Shown: piece by piece, positions 12,846 through 24,340 of the stretch
Layout of the letters: the number at the start of each line of letters is the position of its first letter
How positions within the stretch are numbered: position 1 is the first letter of the stretch
Assembly (NCBI GenBank): GCA_973895155.1
Contig: OZ316897.1
Coordinates: forward strand, 23,225,455 to 23,289,454
Reading direction: 5' to 3'
Length of the DNA: 64,000 nucleotides
Origin: Marsupella aquatica
Lineage: Eukaryota > Plantae > Marchantiophyta
The notes under the pieces: generated by a model
Seen by the model: only the letters and a program-made list of their open reading frames with translations
What the model was told of the DNA's origin: nothing
The model's database searches: none
Translations under genes and position numbers: made by a program

Positions 12846-13849
12846 ATGAAGTTGGGATATCGAGACAAGGGCGTTGTCCATGGGGGGAAGGAAAGATCAT
12901 TTGGAGTCCATGCGGGTTTCATCTACCTTCCTACGGGTCTCAAACCATCGCTGATGGATAGGAAAGTCCCAAAGTGGAATATCCTTGATCACACAATGGG
13001 CAGATCATTCTTCCGAGGAATGGATCCTTTTTTATCAGATGACAGAATGCTGGCAATTTTGCATAATGGGGAGTACAATCCTATGTCTCAGGTTATATCT
13101 GCTATGTAGGAATCAAAGAAGTTTCATTTGCATCTCAACACACAATGTTGTCATGTCAGTTCCAATGTATGCGCCAAAGATTGACCAATAGGTAAATACC
13201 AAATCCTGACATCTTGTTTTGAAGAGTAAGAATGTATATGAATGCATCCAATGACATATCGTTGATAGTTTATATTGTAGATGTTCACGCTCAGACTAGA
13301 CATCTTTTGCCGAGTGTCTGAGAAAGGGAAGGTACCCAAAGATTTAAGGTTTAGACCACTGTCTGTCACAAAAGATCCCTCCATAACTAATTTGTCACAA
13401 AAGATCCCTCCATAACTAATTTAATTGGACTTCCCTCTCCCAAAATCGATCCAACACCTGAGATGGAATTTGCAAGGAATGCGCATTTGTCGGTTGGATT
13501 CATGCAATCTGTGATAGAGCTCATCACTCGACCAAGGGATAATTTCATGGATTGGACAGTTGGGTCGGGTAGCTCTTTCGTTGCCGGAGATTATTCTGGG
13601 AGGTTTGTAATTGGAGTGGAGAATATGAAGGATTTTGTTGAAACTGGTTCCAAGGTGTTCTTAGAGATACTCTCTCCAAAGGAAATCGAAGCCTTACCTC
13701 CTTCCATTCAACCAACCAACAAGGAAAGGCCAAACAAGCTCCGGTTTGTACTTAATTTTGACTCTGACGATGAGTCAAGTGGTGGGACGTCAGACAAAGT
13801 TGAGGGTGGGACAACTGAGGGGAAGGGTGTGGAAGAATCTGTTTGCTAG
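12846..13849 (+). pseudogene. Degenerate N4C/N6A DNA-methyltransferase-like gene fragment, probably TE cargo
   Basis: 13463 ORF reads FMQSVIELITRPRDNFMDWTVGSGSSFVAGDYSGRFVIGVE, matching the beta-class MTase C-terminal pattern LIE..T.PGD.VLDPF.GSGS...A...GR..IG.E. Upstream ORFs are fragmented. Confidence 0.45.
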
Positions 13850-16602
13850 AGTGATAGCGATGACTCTTCCGAGTAATGTTCTGAAACTCGTAAGCTTCTT
13901 TCTCCTTTCCAGCTCCTTCATGCACGTTGTGTTATATATTCATGCAATCGGTTGACAGACTTGTGTATTCGACTAGGTCCAAATGGAATACCAGAAAGCG
14001 CTTTCAACTCAAAAGAAAAGTAGCTCATTTTAAAATTGTTACGCCAAAGAAACCATAAATTGTTTTGCCCTTTTACGCTGGGAACGCTGCGAGAAAGGAG
14101 GATAGTATGAGGACTCTTTGCTGGGAAAACAAAGGTCTCCGGCTACAGAGAAGAGTTGACAGAAAGTTTGTTAGAAATCCGTATGTACACAACGTTTCTA
14201 GGAGCAAGTACGTAAATGATGAAGTAGTCTCGACCAACAGATCACAGAGCACCGAATCAGAATCCTCCAATAATTGATGGTCATCAACTGTGAAGTTTTT
14301 ACCAGCGTCGGGCGCTATTATCAAAATACATGTATTTATTTTCTATATCGTTATTGGTCTCACATACATTGATAATAAAATGTATGGAATTCACAATTTG
14401 TCGTCTACCGGAAACAGTCAGGTCTATCTCAAATATTTGGTTCAGGACAGAACGGTTTACTCAACGGTCCCTTGCCCGTTGAGACTTACTTGTTGCCGAT
14501 GCCGTCGTTCACAATGGACTTGTAGTCTAGATTGTGTCACTCTTTAGAGACATTCAGGGAGAAGTTTTATCCAACTCGGAAGATTGATCCAAGCCGGGTC
14601 AATTCAGCAACATTGTAAAGTCTAGTACCTCTCTTTTGTTTAGGAGCTCTCATCAGATGGCGAGGAAGAACCTCATGTCTTTGGACAAGATGCTTGCCTT
14701 CTTCGGTCCTTCAAGAGTTCGACCGGAGGAGATCATTTTAGCTCATTCGAATCAGTTCGTGATGACACTTCCACCGAGACTTTGACTTTTTGGAATTGTT
14801 ATACTCTTCCTTACGATGAGGCAATTAGTCCAAGGGAGAGAAATATATTATGGACCAATGATCGAGGGACTCCGCACGCATTTTCTGACCGGTTCTATGT
14901 GGGAAATGGACTAATTTGCAATCCAAATCCCATGCCAATTTTTGACAGAAATTTACAGAGATCTGTGTATAATTTCGTACGGAGACCCCTTCACATCTAA
15001 TTCTCACTTCTGAAGGAAAAAAATTGAATGTCAAGCCTACTTATGCTGAGAACGTGTTGAGTACTACATAGAGTACTATAAGAACCATATATACATAGAG
15101 GTAGTTACACCTACCTTAGGTTAGTGGTTACACCATGATTTGGAGTAGACTTAACCTTAGGTTACAACAGCTTTTAAATATGTGGAGGAATTCCACATTT
15201 GCAATGAGAATTATTCAGAGGGAGGTCAAAGATTAATCGGATATTGGTCATCGTGACTTATTTCCTGACCAATCAGGTCCACCCTCGCTAGCCATTTCCA
15301 GTGTCGCTAGCAAAATTCCCTGTTTTCTCGTTGAATTGACAGCCGAGGATTGACGAAAACAACTGCCAGATTGGCATTCCAATGTCAAGAACATTAAATT
15401 TAGTGGTTGACTGCTGCCTGACTGTTTTGGATTAATTCAAAGGAAGAATGGTGTCTTTCCACCAGACGTCTTCAACATCTCACCCAAGCAAATTCAAGCC
15501 AAAAAGAAGAGAGAACAGATTAAGCGCAGCTACTATGGTAACAGCAGGAGTTTTTATGATAGCAAGGTGTTCTCCTTCATTTGAATACTTACCTAACGCT
15601 CTGATTGTTATTACTTCTCTCTCAAGACCTTCTACACATGAATCTATTCCTTGAAGTAGGCATGGGCCCAGCAGAAGCAACAGACGCATGCTACTCCACT
15701 ATGCCTTGCAGAACTACGCTCCCTTCTACGTTCACGCGCACGGTCTATGAGCTTTCGGATTCAATCATGCCGTCAACGTAGCAAAGTTTCTACTGCAAAT
15801 ACAGTCCACTTTCCTGCCTTGTCCGATAATCCTTCACGATAGTACTGTACAGTGCATCATTCCATTCTCGCGTCATTTGAGAATTATTCCCTTACGCCTT
15901 CCCTAACTCCAGAGTAGCTAACAAGCTTTCGAGCACGTTTCACGACCGTATCTTGCGAATCTGAGAAGCTCAGACAGTTGAGATGCAGATGGAACTTCAT
16001 ATCGTTTTGGTCGAATCCAGACTGTCAACTCCCTTTGAAGCAGAAGAACATGGCCACTTTACTAGAATTGAATTATCTAATCTTCGACATGGATGTATTC
16101 GAAGATCTGAATACATCCATCAGTCTCGGCCAAAGGCTTCCTGCAAGTCGATGAACTCGAAGACTCATGGCTTGAAGTTCTCTGCTGGTGGAGGTCGCCA
16201 TCCGCGCATTTGATCTTTATGCCCTTGATTTTCGTCTCCTGTCACCAGTGTGAGTTCCCTTTCAGTACCATGTTCACAGCAAGGCAGCTACTGTATGCAA
16301 ACTCTTCTTTTGATCTAAGGACAATACTCAACTAAGATGTCAAAAGAGGGTTCTACATATCAAGCCAACAGCTTGATTTCAAGCACCTATAATTTCGACA
16401 CTCAAAACGAAACTTGAGTGACATTTCTCTTACATGAAATGGTCTTTCGGCCAGAAGAGGGCTAGGTACAACCCCCAATTGCAGAATCTCAAAATTAATG
16501 TTACAGAATTGCGACACCCAAAACCTGATTGTATCTGCGCTGCCAGTGACTACTGATTTGAAGTCACTTTCCAGCCAGCCCAACACAGCTTTCAATCTGG
16601 GT

Positions 16603-19600
16603 TCACCAGTAATCACCACAAGAACACATTCCATCTTTAAAATGGTGGAACCGATTTGAATCCCTTGCAATAATCTCGCGTCCGGTCACCTTAGAGATAT
16701 ACTTGGTTGCTGAGTGGCAATCTGAACACACCCGAAGGTTCTTACTCACACGAATAGGTTCTCCCCAAGGTAGGTGCATAAGTCCGTAAGCAATAGCCAA
16801 CTTCTCACTATGAGAGCAAAGGGCTAGCTCTTTATCCTCTTCACTGATATCATGCAATACAAGCTGGGTATCCGGAATGTAGCCTTCCGCCTTCAGTTTT
16901 TCACTCAATTTATTCAGCTCAGTATAGATCGCCTCCGCTTCTGGGTGAGATGTATCCCCCACCACAAATTCATGGATCTTGTTATGAACTTCGATCCAGC
17001 TACGTCCTGGCTCCTTCCGAACACCTCTCTCTTGCATCATAGTGCGCACAGATGACACCTTCTCCCACTTCCCAGCTGCAGCATAGATATTGGAGAGCAG
17101 CACATATGTAGAGGCCTTACCGGGTTCCAACTTGAAAAGCTCGTTAGCGGCCAGTTCACCCAGCTCCACGTTACCGTAAGTTCTACAAGCCCCAAGCAAG
17201 GCTGTCCAAGTTACATCATCTGGTTCGATCGGCATCTCACTGATCAACTGCTTTGCTTCTTCCACGTGTCCCGCCCGCCCAAGAATATCCACCATAAGGG
17301 TATAGTGAAAAACAGTACGCTCGATACCATAATCTTGCGTCATAGCAGAAAAGATTCTACGGCCATCATCAACAAGGCCTCCATGAGAACAGGCTGACAA
17401 CACAGCTGTGAATGACGTCTCGGTGGGCTTCACATGATCTGCATTCATTTGTCTGAAAAGTTCCAGGGCTTCCTGCCCATATCCGTGTTGTGCAAGTCCA
17501 CCGATCATTATGTTCCAAGTGACTACATCGCGTTTCTCCATTCTGTTAAAAACAAGTCTGGCGTCAGCTATACTGCCACTCTCTGCATACATGTGAACGA
17601 GTGCACTACCCACACGTAAATCCGACTCCAGTCCGGCTTTGCTAGCGTGGCCATGAACCTCCTTCACCCACTCCAAAGCCCCCGCACTTGCAGATGCATT
17701 CAGAATACTCACATAAGTGAATGCATCTGGTTCAAAGCCTTCGCGTCTCATTTGGAGAAACAACCGATATGCTTCATGCCCAGATCCATGTTGTGCAAGC
17801 CCTCCTATCATTACAGTCCATATGATTACATCGCGTTTCTCCATTCTGTCAAAGACCAGTCGGGCATCATCTATACTGCCAATCTTCGCATACATGTGAA
17901 CGAGTGCATTGCCCACCCGCAAATCCGACTCCAGTCCGGCTTTGCTAGCGTGGCCATGAACCTCCTTCACCCACTCCAAAGCCCCCGCACTTGCAGATGC
18001 ATTCAGAATACTCGCATAAGTGATTGCATCTGGTTCAAAGCCTTCCCGTCTCATTTGGAGAAACAACCGATATGCTTCATGCCCAGATCCATGTTGTGCA
18101 AGCCCTCCTATCATTACAGTCCATGTGATTACATCGCGTTTCTCCATTCTGTTAAAAACAAGTCGGGCGTCAGCTATACTGCCACTCTCTGCATACATGT
18201 GAACGAGTGCACTACCCACACGCAAATCCGACTCCAGTCCAGCTTTGCTAGCGTGGCCATGAACCTCTTTCATCCACTCCAGAGCCCCCGCACTTGCAGA
18301 TGCATTCAGGATAGTTACATAAGTGATTTCATTTGGTTCGAAGCCTTGGCGTCTCATTTCAAGAAACATTCGATATGCTTCATGCCCAGATCCATGTTGT
18401 GCAAGCCCTCCTATCATTACATTCCATGTGATTCCATCGCGTTTCTCCATTCTATCAAAGACCAGTCGGGCATCATCTATACTGCCAATCTTCGCATACA
18501 TGTGAACGAGTGCATTGCCCACCCGCAAATCCGACTCCAGTCCGGCTTTGCTAGCGTGGCCATGAACCTCCTTCACCCACTCCAAAGCCCCCGCACTTGC
18601 AGATGCATTCAGGATGGTCACATAAGTGATTTCATTTGGTTCGAAGCCTTGGCGTCTCATTTCAAGAAACATTCGATATGCTTCATGCCCACATCCATGT
18701 TGTGCAAGTCCCCCGACCATTACGTTCCATGTGACTACATTGTGTTTCTCCATTCTCTCAAAAACAAGTCGGGCGTCATCCATACTGCCACTCTTTGCAT
18801 ACATGTGGACCAGTGCAGTGCCCACACGCAAGTCTGACTCCAGTCCCACTTTGCTAGCATGCCCATGAACCTCCTTCACCCACTCCAAAGACCCCGCACT
18901 TGCAGACGCGTTCAGGATGCTCACATAAGTGACTGCGTTTGGTTCGAAGCCTTCCCGTCGCATCTGGAGAAACAATCGATAAGCTTCATGCCCACTTCCG
19001 TGTTTTGCAAGTCCACCGATCATTACAGTCCATGTGACTACATCGCGTTTGTCCAGTCTGTCAAAAACCAGTCGGGCGTCACCTATCCTGCCACTCTCTG
19101 CATACATGTGAACCAGCGCAGAGCCCACACGCAAATCTGACTCCAGTCCCGCTTTCCTAGCGTGGCCATGAACGTCCTTCACCCATGCCAAACCCCCATC
19201 ACATGCGGATGCATTCAGGATGCTCGTATAGGTGATTGCATTTGGTTCGAAGCCATCCCGTCTCATTTGGAGGAATAGTCGATATGCTTCCACACCATCA
19301 CCACGTTGTGCACATGCTCCAATCATAACATTCCATGTAATGACATTTCGATTAGTCAACTTTTCAAAAACTTTCCTTGCCTCGGTGATGCACCCACATT
19401 TAGCGTACATCAGTACGAGAGCAGACCCTACACGCACGTCCGATTCAAAGCCGGCATGTCGAATACCCTGATGAATTTCTTTTCCCCAATTGAGAGCTAA
19501 TGGGCTTGAACATGCATTCAGGATGCTCAGATACGTGATCTCATTCGGCTTCACGCCTTCTTGGCGCATTAGATTGAAAATTTCGAGTGCAGATTCAGCA

Positions 19601-20073
19601 TGATCACTCCTAGCGTATCCCGCAATCATGCTGGTCCAAGTGATAACACTCTTCTTCTGAATTTGATCAAAAACTCTACGTGCATCCGATATACCTCCGC
19701 ATTTGATATACACATTCAAAAGCGTGATTGCCACATATGGATTTTCGTGAATTCCACTCTCGATGATGCAATCATGAACTTGCTTGGCTCCTGAAAGGTC
19801 TTTCTGTTGCAAGCACATGTGCAGAACTTTAACATATGTGTACGAGTCTATAGCAATGCCTCGCTGTAGACGATCTTTCAACATAGCAATCGTTTGACCC
19901 GTGGTACCAGGATGCATATGCCTACTGCCAATCCGTTTTGCAGTGACTTGAGACCGATCTCTCGTGCAATAACTAACATTAAATGGAAATCTGCAGTGAG
20001 TAACCAAATTCGCCCTTGCCTTAACCCACGCTGGGGTTGACCATCCATCCACCCAAAGTGCTAGTCTTGTCAA
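16603..20073 (-). CDS. PLS-class pentatricopeptide-repeat protein with E1/E2/DYW cytidine deaminase domain (organellar C-to-U RNA editing factor)
   Basis: Uninterrupted 1156-codon frame (first ATG at 19917) with ~26 P/L/S repeats, PG box (KEPGRSWIE), HSEKLA, CSDCH and terminal DYW. The true start or upstream exons are uncertain. Confidence 0.97.
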   Translation of the reverse strand: MTRLALWVDGWSTPAWVKARANLVTHCRFPFNVSYCTRDRSQVTAKRIGSRHMHPGTTGQTIAMLKDRLQRGIAIDSYTYVKVLHMCLQQKDLSGAKQVHDCIIESGIHENPYVAITLLNVYIKCGGISDARRVFDQIQKKSVITWTSMIAGYARSDHAESALEIFNLMRQEGVKPNEITYLSILNACSSPLALNWGKEIHQGIRHAGFESDVRVGSALVLMYAKCGCITEARKVFEKLTNRNVITWNVMIGACAQRGDGVEAYRLFLQMRRDGFEPNAITYTSILNASACDGGLAWVKDVHGHARKAGLESDLRVGSALVHMYAESGRIGDARLVFDRLDKRDVVTWTVMIGGLAKHGSGHEAYRLFLQMRREGFEPNAVTYVSILNASASAGSLEWVKEVHGHASKVGLESDLRVGTALVHMYAKSGSMDDARLVFERMEKHNVVTWNVMVGGLAQHGCGHEAYRMFLEMRRQGFEPNEITYVTILNASASAGALEWVKEVHGHASKAGLESDLRVGNALVHMYAKIGSIDDARLVFDRMEKRDGITWNVMIGGLAQHGSGHEAYRMFLEMRRQGFEPNEITYVTILNASASAGALEWMKEVHGHASKAGLESDLRVGSALVHMYAESGSIADARLVFNRMEKRDVITWTVMIGGLAQHGSGHEAYRLFLQMRREGFEPDAITYASILNASASAGALEWVKEVHGHASKAGLESDLRVGNALVHMYAKIGSIDDARLVFDRMEKRDVIIWTVMIGGLAQHGSGHEAYRLFLQMRREGFEPDAFTYVSILNASASAGALEWVKEVHGHASKAGLESDLRVGSALVHMYAESGSIADARLVFNRMEKRDVVTWNIMIGGLAQHGYGQEALELFRQMNADHVKPTETSFTAVLSACSHGGLVDDGRRIFSAMTQDYGIERTVFHYTLMVDILGRAGHVEEAKQLISEMPIEPDDVTWTALLGACRTYGNVELGELAANELFKLEPGKASTYVLLSNIYAAAGKWEKVSSVRTMMQERGVRKEPGRSWIEVHNKIHEFVVGDTSHPEAEAIYTELNKLSEKLKAEGYIPDTQLVLHDISEEDKELALCSHSEKLAIAYGLMHLPWGEPIRVSKNLRVCSDCHSATKYISKVTGREIIARDSNRFHHFKDGMCSCGDYW
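17430..19250. repeat. 303-bp internal tandem repeat (one P-L-S triplet, 101 aa) within the PPR gene
   Basis: Shadow ORFs recur at 17717, 18020, 18323 and 18626, exactly 303 bp apart. Units are nearly identical at the DNA level. Confidence 0.95.
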
Positions 20074-20528
20074 CTTCTGATTGAACTCAGGTGCTCTGGG
20101 CTTCCTCTGTCAGCACCACAACCCACGATCAGATCTGCTACCAGGATAATATCCAGGAGATTCCACGAGGTGCAATGAATTTGTGGTTATTTCTGACGAC
20201 TATGTTTCCGGTGATCTTTCTACAATGAGTGTTCAGAAATGGATAGCAGACCGGTAAGCCTCTCGAGTTCTAGGGTGCATTCCTACCTCCGTCCAAAGGT
20301 GTATTTTCTTGTCTCCCTTGCTCTGCTGTGATCTTTGGTACAGATAACTTGCAAAAGTTAAATGACTCCTTTGCAACTTAGAGTAACGGCTATCTGTCAA
20401 GAATGCAATGATCTTAGAATAGAATATTGAAATAATTGTGAAAGGCTTATCCAGGTATCAACAAGCTCGTTCCTTCTCCCGTATTTCACTGTACCCACAG
20501 AAAGGACAGAGTCAAGAGCCTATCGAAT

Positions 20529-20790
20529 TGGTACTAAAATACTTCAGCCAGAAGTCACATGTTATCCTTGGGTTGTGTACAGGACAGACTCTTAGGGCAT
20601 CTTGACAGGCGTTCATTTGTGAGTTGCCTACACTGTCCTTTCTGCGCTATACACAAACCATGGTACTAAAATACTTCAGCCAGAAGTCACATGTTATCCT
20701 TGGGTTGTGTACAGGACAGACTCTTAGGGCATCTTGACAGGCGTTCATTTGTAAGTTGCCTACACTGTCCTTTGTGCGCTATACACAAAC
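20529..20790. repeat. 132-bp tandem duplication upstream of the PPR ORF
   Basis: tggtactaaaatacttcagcc...atacacaaac starts at 20529 and 20661, with about 2 mismatches. Confidence 0.9.
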
Positions 20791-22203
20791 AAGAATCTCA
20801 GGTTTCTGAAAAGAGACTACTTAGAAATAAAGCCTAGCCATCATTTGTAGAATCCATCGTGATTAGACACAGATGACATGAACGTGAAAGCGCTTCCCTC
20901 CCTCTCCTACAATTCAGAAATAAAGGCTATCCATCATTCTTGAACTTGGATTATACAATCCGTGAAGTGACACATACGACATGAATGTAACAGCCTCCCT
21001 CCCCTCCCCTCCCGCGCCACTACACCCCTCCCCCCGGCCCCACCCTGTGCTTCTTAACACGAAAAAGGAATGAAACTTGAAGTTCAACTCAAGTCTTGAT
21101 CACATAAGCCTCATAGCAGGAAATTCCTGCAACTATAAATGTCACACCGTGGTGCTGGAACAAGAGTTTCTGGTTAAAAGTAGGTACGCATAACGTTGAA
21201 ATCGCTCTTCAGTCTCATACCTGAAGGCCGTGTACAAGAACAATGGCGGATGCCAATACCAATCAAACCGGAAGATGAAGGATAAACTCTGCAAATCAAA
21301 CGTCTTTGTTGAGAATGTATTGAAGGTCGTTTGGTCACATCAAATCCAACAGAATGACATTCATACAAAACTAATCATACCTGGCTGAGGACTGTTGCCT
21401 AAAGCGGTCCATATCCAAAAGTTCCATCGAGTCAGCTCCGTTCCCGTGCCGGGAATACGGAGCTCAATGGTACAGTTTTGAGAAATACGATCTTACCTGT
21501 TTGACAAATGTTCAAATCAGTCTAAGTAGTGCAATCTTGCAGAGCCCTCAAATTTCAAGTCTCATCTTTCCTTCCCATGGACTAAGGAAAGAATATTCAT
21601 TACGCGAAGGCTCTGTCGGGGAAACCTTGCCCGGGCAGAGGAATCTCAGCTCAGCGTAACAGTTGGAGGAAGCCCTAGAAGCATAGCAGTAGCGGTATCT
21701 TCTCCAGGATCAATTCCTCCTGCTGGACTCTTTTACGAATCATCCCAGCTTTGCCATCAAAACTTGAGAATCAAAACTACAAGTTTTGAGAAGAAAAAGT
21801 ATGAGAAGATCTTCCATCCAAACCCCAAAGCAACCCACCGTCATACCTGCACATTGCCCTCTGAAAAACTATGGCGCGAGTGCTCTTGTTTATCGCCCTC
21901 CAGGAAAGAACCCTTTCCAACTGAAGTGTCCTGCATACCAAACGAAGAATTGACGACATTTCTTCAAAGAAGAACTTGTGAACAAGTGTTATGCAGACCG
22001 TGTAAGTAGCAAATTGGGCAGGCTCGACAATTCGTTCAGAACAACAATTTGAAGCAAGTGGCAACAAAATTGATCCAGATTGTGACGGGAAATGAGGAGA
22101 CGGGCAGCAGGAAACGTCATGCAAGAAATGAGCAAGACTTGAACCAGGATGGACAGTATCCCGGGCTGAAAAAGAGATTCTGTCCCGCTTCGTTGGGCGC
22201 TCA

Positions 22204-24340
22204 GGGCATCCCCACTGGTCGCGCCATTTGCGGGCTTGTCGCGCCATTTGCGGGCCTGTATTCGGGTTGTTTTCAGGGCCTGGGAAGGGCCGGGCCGTCG
22301 GTCCACCATTCACTCCGGAGGTGTCCCCCACCCAACCACTATAAACTGGGCCGGTATGTTGCCCGGTTTGAACTATCGGGTCAGTTTGGTCCAAACTGGC
22401 CCGATAGTTTGACCCGTGAGCGACAGAGTCTGTCTATCCCCACGGTTTACAGCTTTCCTCGCTCGTAGTGCTTTCCTCGCTCGTAGTGCTTTCTAATGCA
22501 ACGGTTTATGCAGTCTCAATGTAAGGATTCATGGATGTCCATCGCTGTTTCCCTCTTTTCGTTCATTCCTTTCCATTCCAATTCGGTGGCTGGCCGACGA
22601 CGGTCTGTTCCAATTCAATGGACGAGACACTGACATGTTCGCGTATACGCAATCAAAAATAGGAATTGATTTATTGACGTCCATCATTGGATCCCTCTTT
22701 TCGTGCTGTCCATTCCGAAGATCTTCCGGTCCAATTTGATGGACGAAGTATAGACATTTGCGTGCATCTCTATTGTCACGGTTCACACATCCTCCTTTTG
22801 TAGGGACTTGATTTACGGATGACTGTGTTTCTCTTCTTTCTCTTTCAATTCCTATTTCCCACGAGAGTTTGAGTAGTGTGCACATCCTCAGCTCTTGCAT
22901 GAACTAGGTCGTCCGTTGTTTTCTTAACTTCAGAGTTACTTGCTTTGTAGACATCGACCAGCTTTACTGGGTACAACTTTGGAATCAATTCACTAGCAGA
23001 ATGGCGTCGAAAACTGCAAATGCAAATGCGAGTGGAGCTAACACAAATGGAACAGGAACAACTATGGTGGGAGACTGTGACACTTTGTGGGCCAATGTCT
23101 CTGATGGATTATTATAGTAGCCATAGAATTCGTAAACGAGGTGGCTCTAGGCAAGGTAAGGCTGCCAATGTTGATCGGGAGAGACAAGAGGGGCATGAGA
23201 GAATTTGGAAAGATTACTTCCGTGAGCAGCCAGTGTACAATGACGTAAAATTCAGAAGGAGGTTCAGTATGAGGAAACATATTTTCTGGAAAATTCACGA
23301 TGCTGTTTGTGAGTATGACGCTTATTTTTTGCAAAAACGTGATGCTACCAACGTTCTTGGTTTGTCTCCGATTCAGAAGATGACAGCTGCTCTTCGAATG
23401 CTCTCTCTTGGAATTTCGGCCGATGCAGTTGATGAATATTATCGGATTGGGGAAACCACGGCTATGGAGTGTCTAAAAAGATTTGTTAGGGCCATTCGAG
23501 CAGTTTTTGACGGAGAATACCTTAGGCAGCCAACTAGAGAGGACATGGAGAACCAGCTCAAAATTAACGAGGACAGGGGTTTTCTTGGAATGTTTGCCTC
23601 CCTGGATTGTATGCATTATCTGTGGAAAAATTGTCCCGTTGCGTGTCAGGGATTGTTTATCAATAAGGACGGAGAAATATCAATTGTCTTGGAGGAAATT
23701 GCTGACCAGTCATTATGGATCTGGCATGCCTACTTTGGTCTGCCAGGAGCCAACAATGATATCAATGTATTGGATAGATCTCCACTCGTGAACAACTTTC
23801 TTAGAAGCGAAGCTCATGAGATGGGCTTCACAATGAACGGTAAAAACTATGATAGGTACTACCTTTTAACAGACTCCATATATCCTGATTGGTCAATTTT
23901 TGTTCCAACTATTCTGCTTCCACAAGGTGAGGCAAGGAAGTGGTTACTTTTCAAAATGCCAAGAGGGTGCACGGAAAGATGTGGAGCGTGCCTTTGGTGT
24001 TTTGCAGGCCAGGTTTGCAATTATCAGAAACCCTGCAAGGATTCATGACGTTCAAACAATCAAAGACATATGTTTAGCATGTGTCATCTTACATAATATG
24101 ATTGTCCAAGATGAGAGATTAGAGCAGTTACCAGAAGAATGGGATCAGGGATCAAGATTGCTGAGGCGGTTCAGTGAAGGTAGGAGGCTACCTGCAACAG
24201 ACTGGAAGCAATACTTAGCCGTCACATGCATTATTGAAGACACTTCAGTTCATTTTATGCTTCAAAATGACCTAGTAGACCATTTGTGGGCTTTGAAAGG
24301 TCGAGGGCATAGCTTTGATTATGTGAGCAATTCTGAGTAG
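22204..24340 (+). mobile_element. PIF/Harbinger element (left TIR candidate plus transposase); right end not identified
   Basis: GGGCATCCCCACTGG at 22204 resembles Harbinger/Tourist termini and is followed by subterminal repeats (gtcgcgccatttgcgggc x2) and the transposase. Confidence 0.55.
23020..24340 (+). pseudogene. PIF/Harbinger (Plant_tran/HARBI1-like) DDE transposase with a frameshift near 23940
   Basis: FRRRFSM, RDATNVLGLSPIQKMTAALRML, SLDCMHYLWKNCP, NNDINVLDRSP, YLLTDSIYP; then QEGARKDVERAFGVLQARF and ACVILHNMIV in the second frame. Confidence 0.9.

Noticed and set aside
17434-19794. Plus-strand ORFs up to 396 aa overlapping the PPR gene
   Set aside because: Antisense shadows of the repetitive PPR frame.
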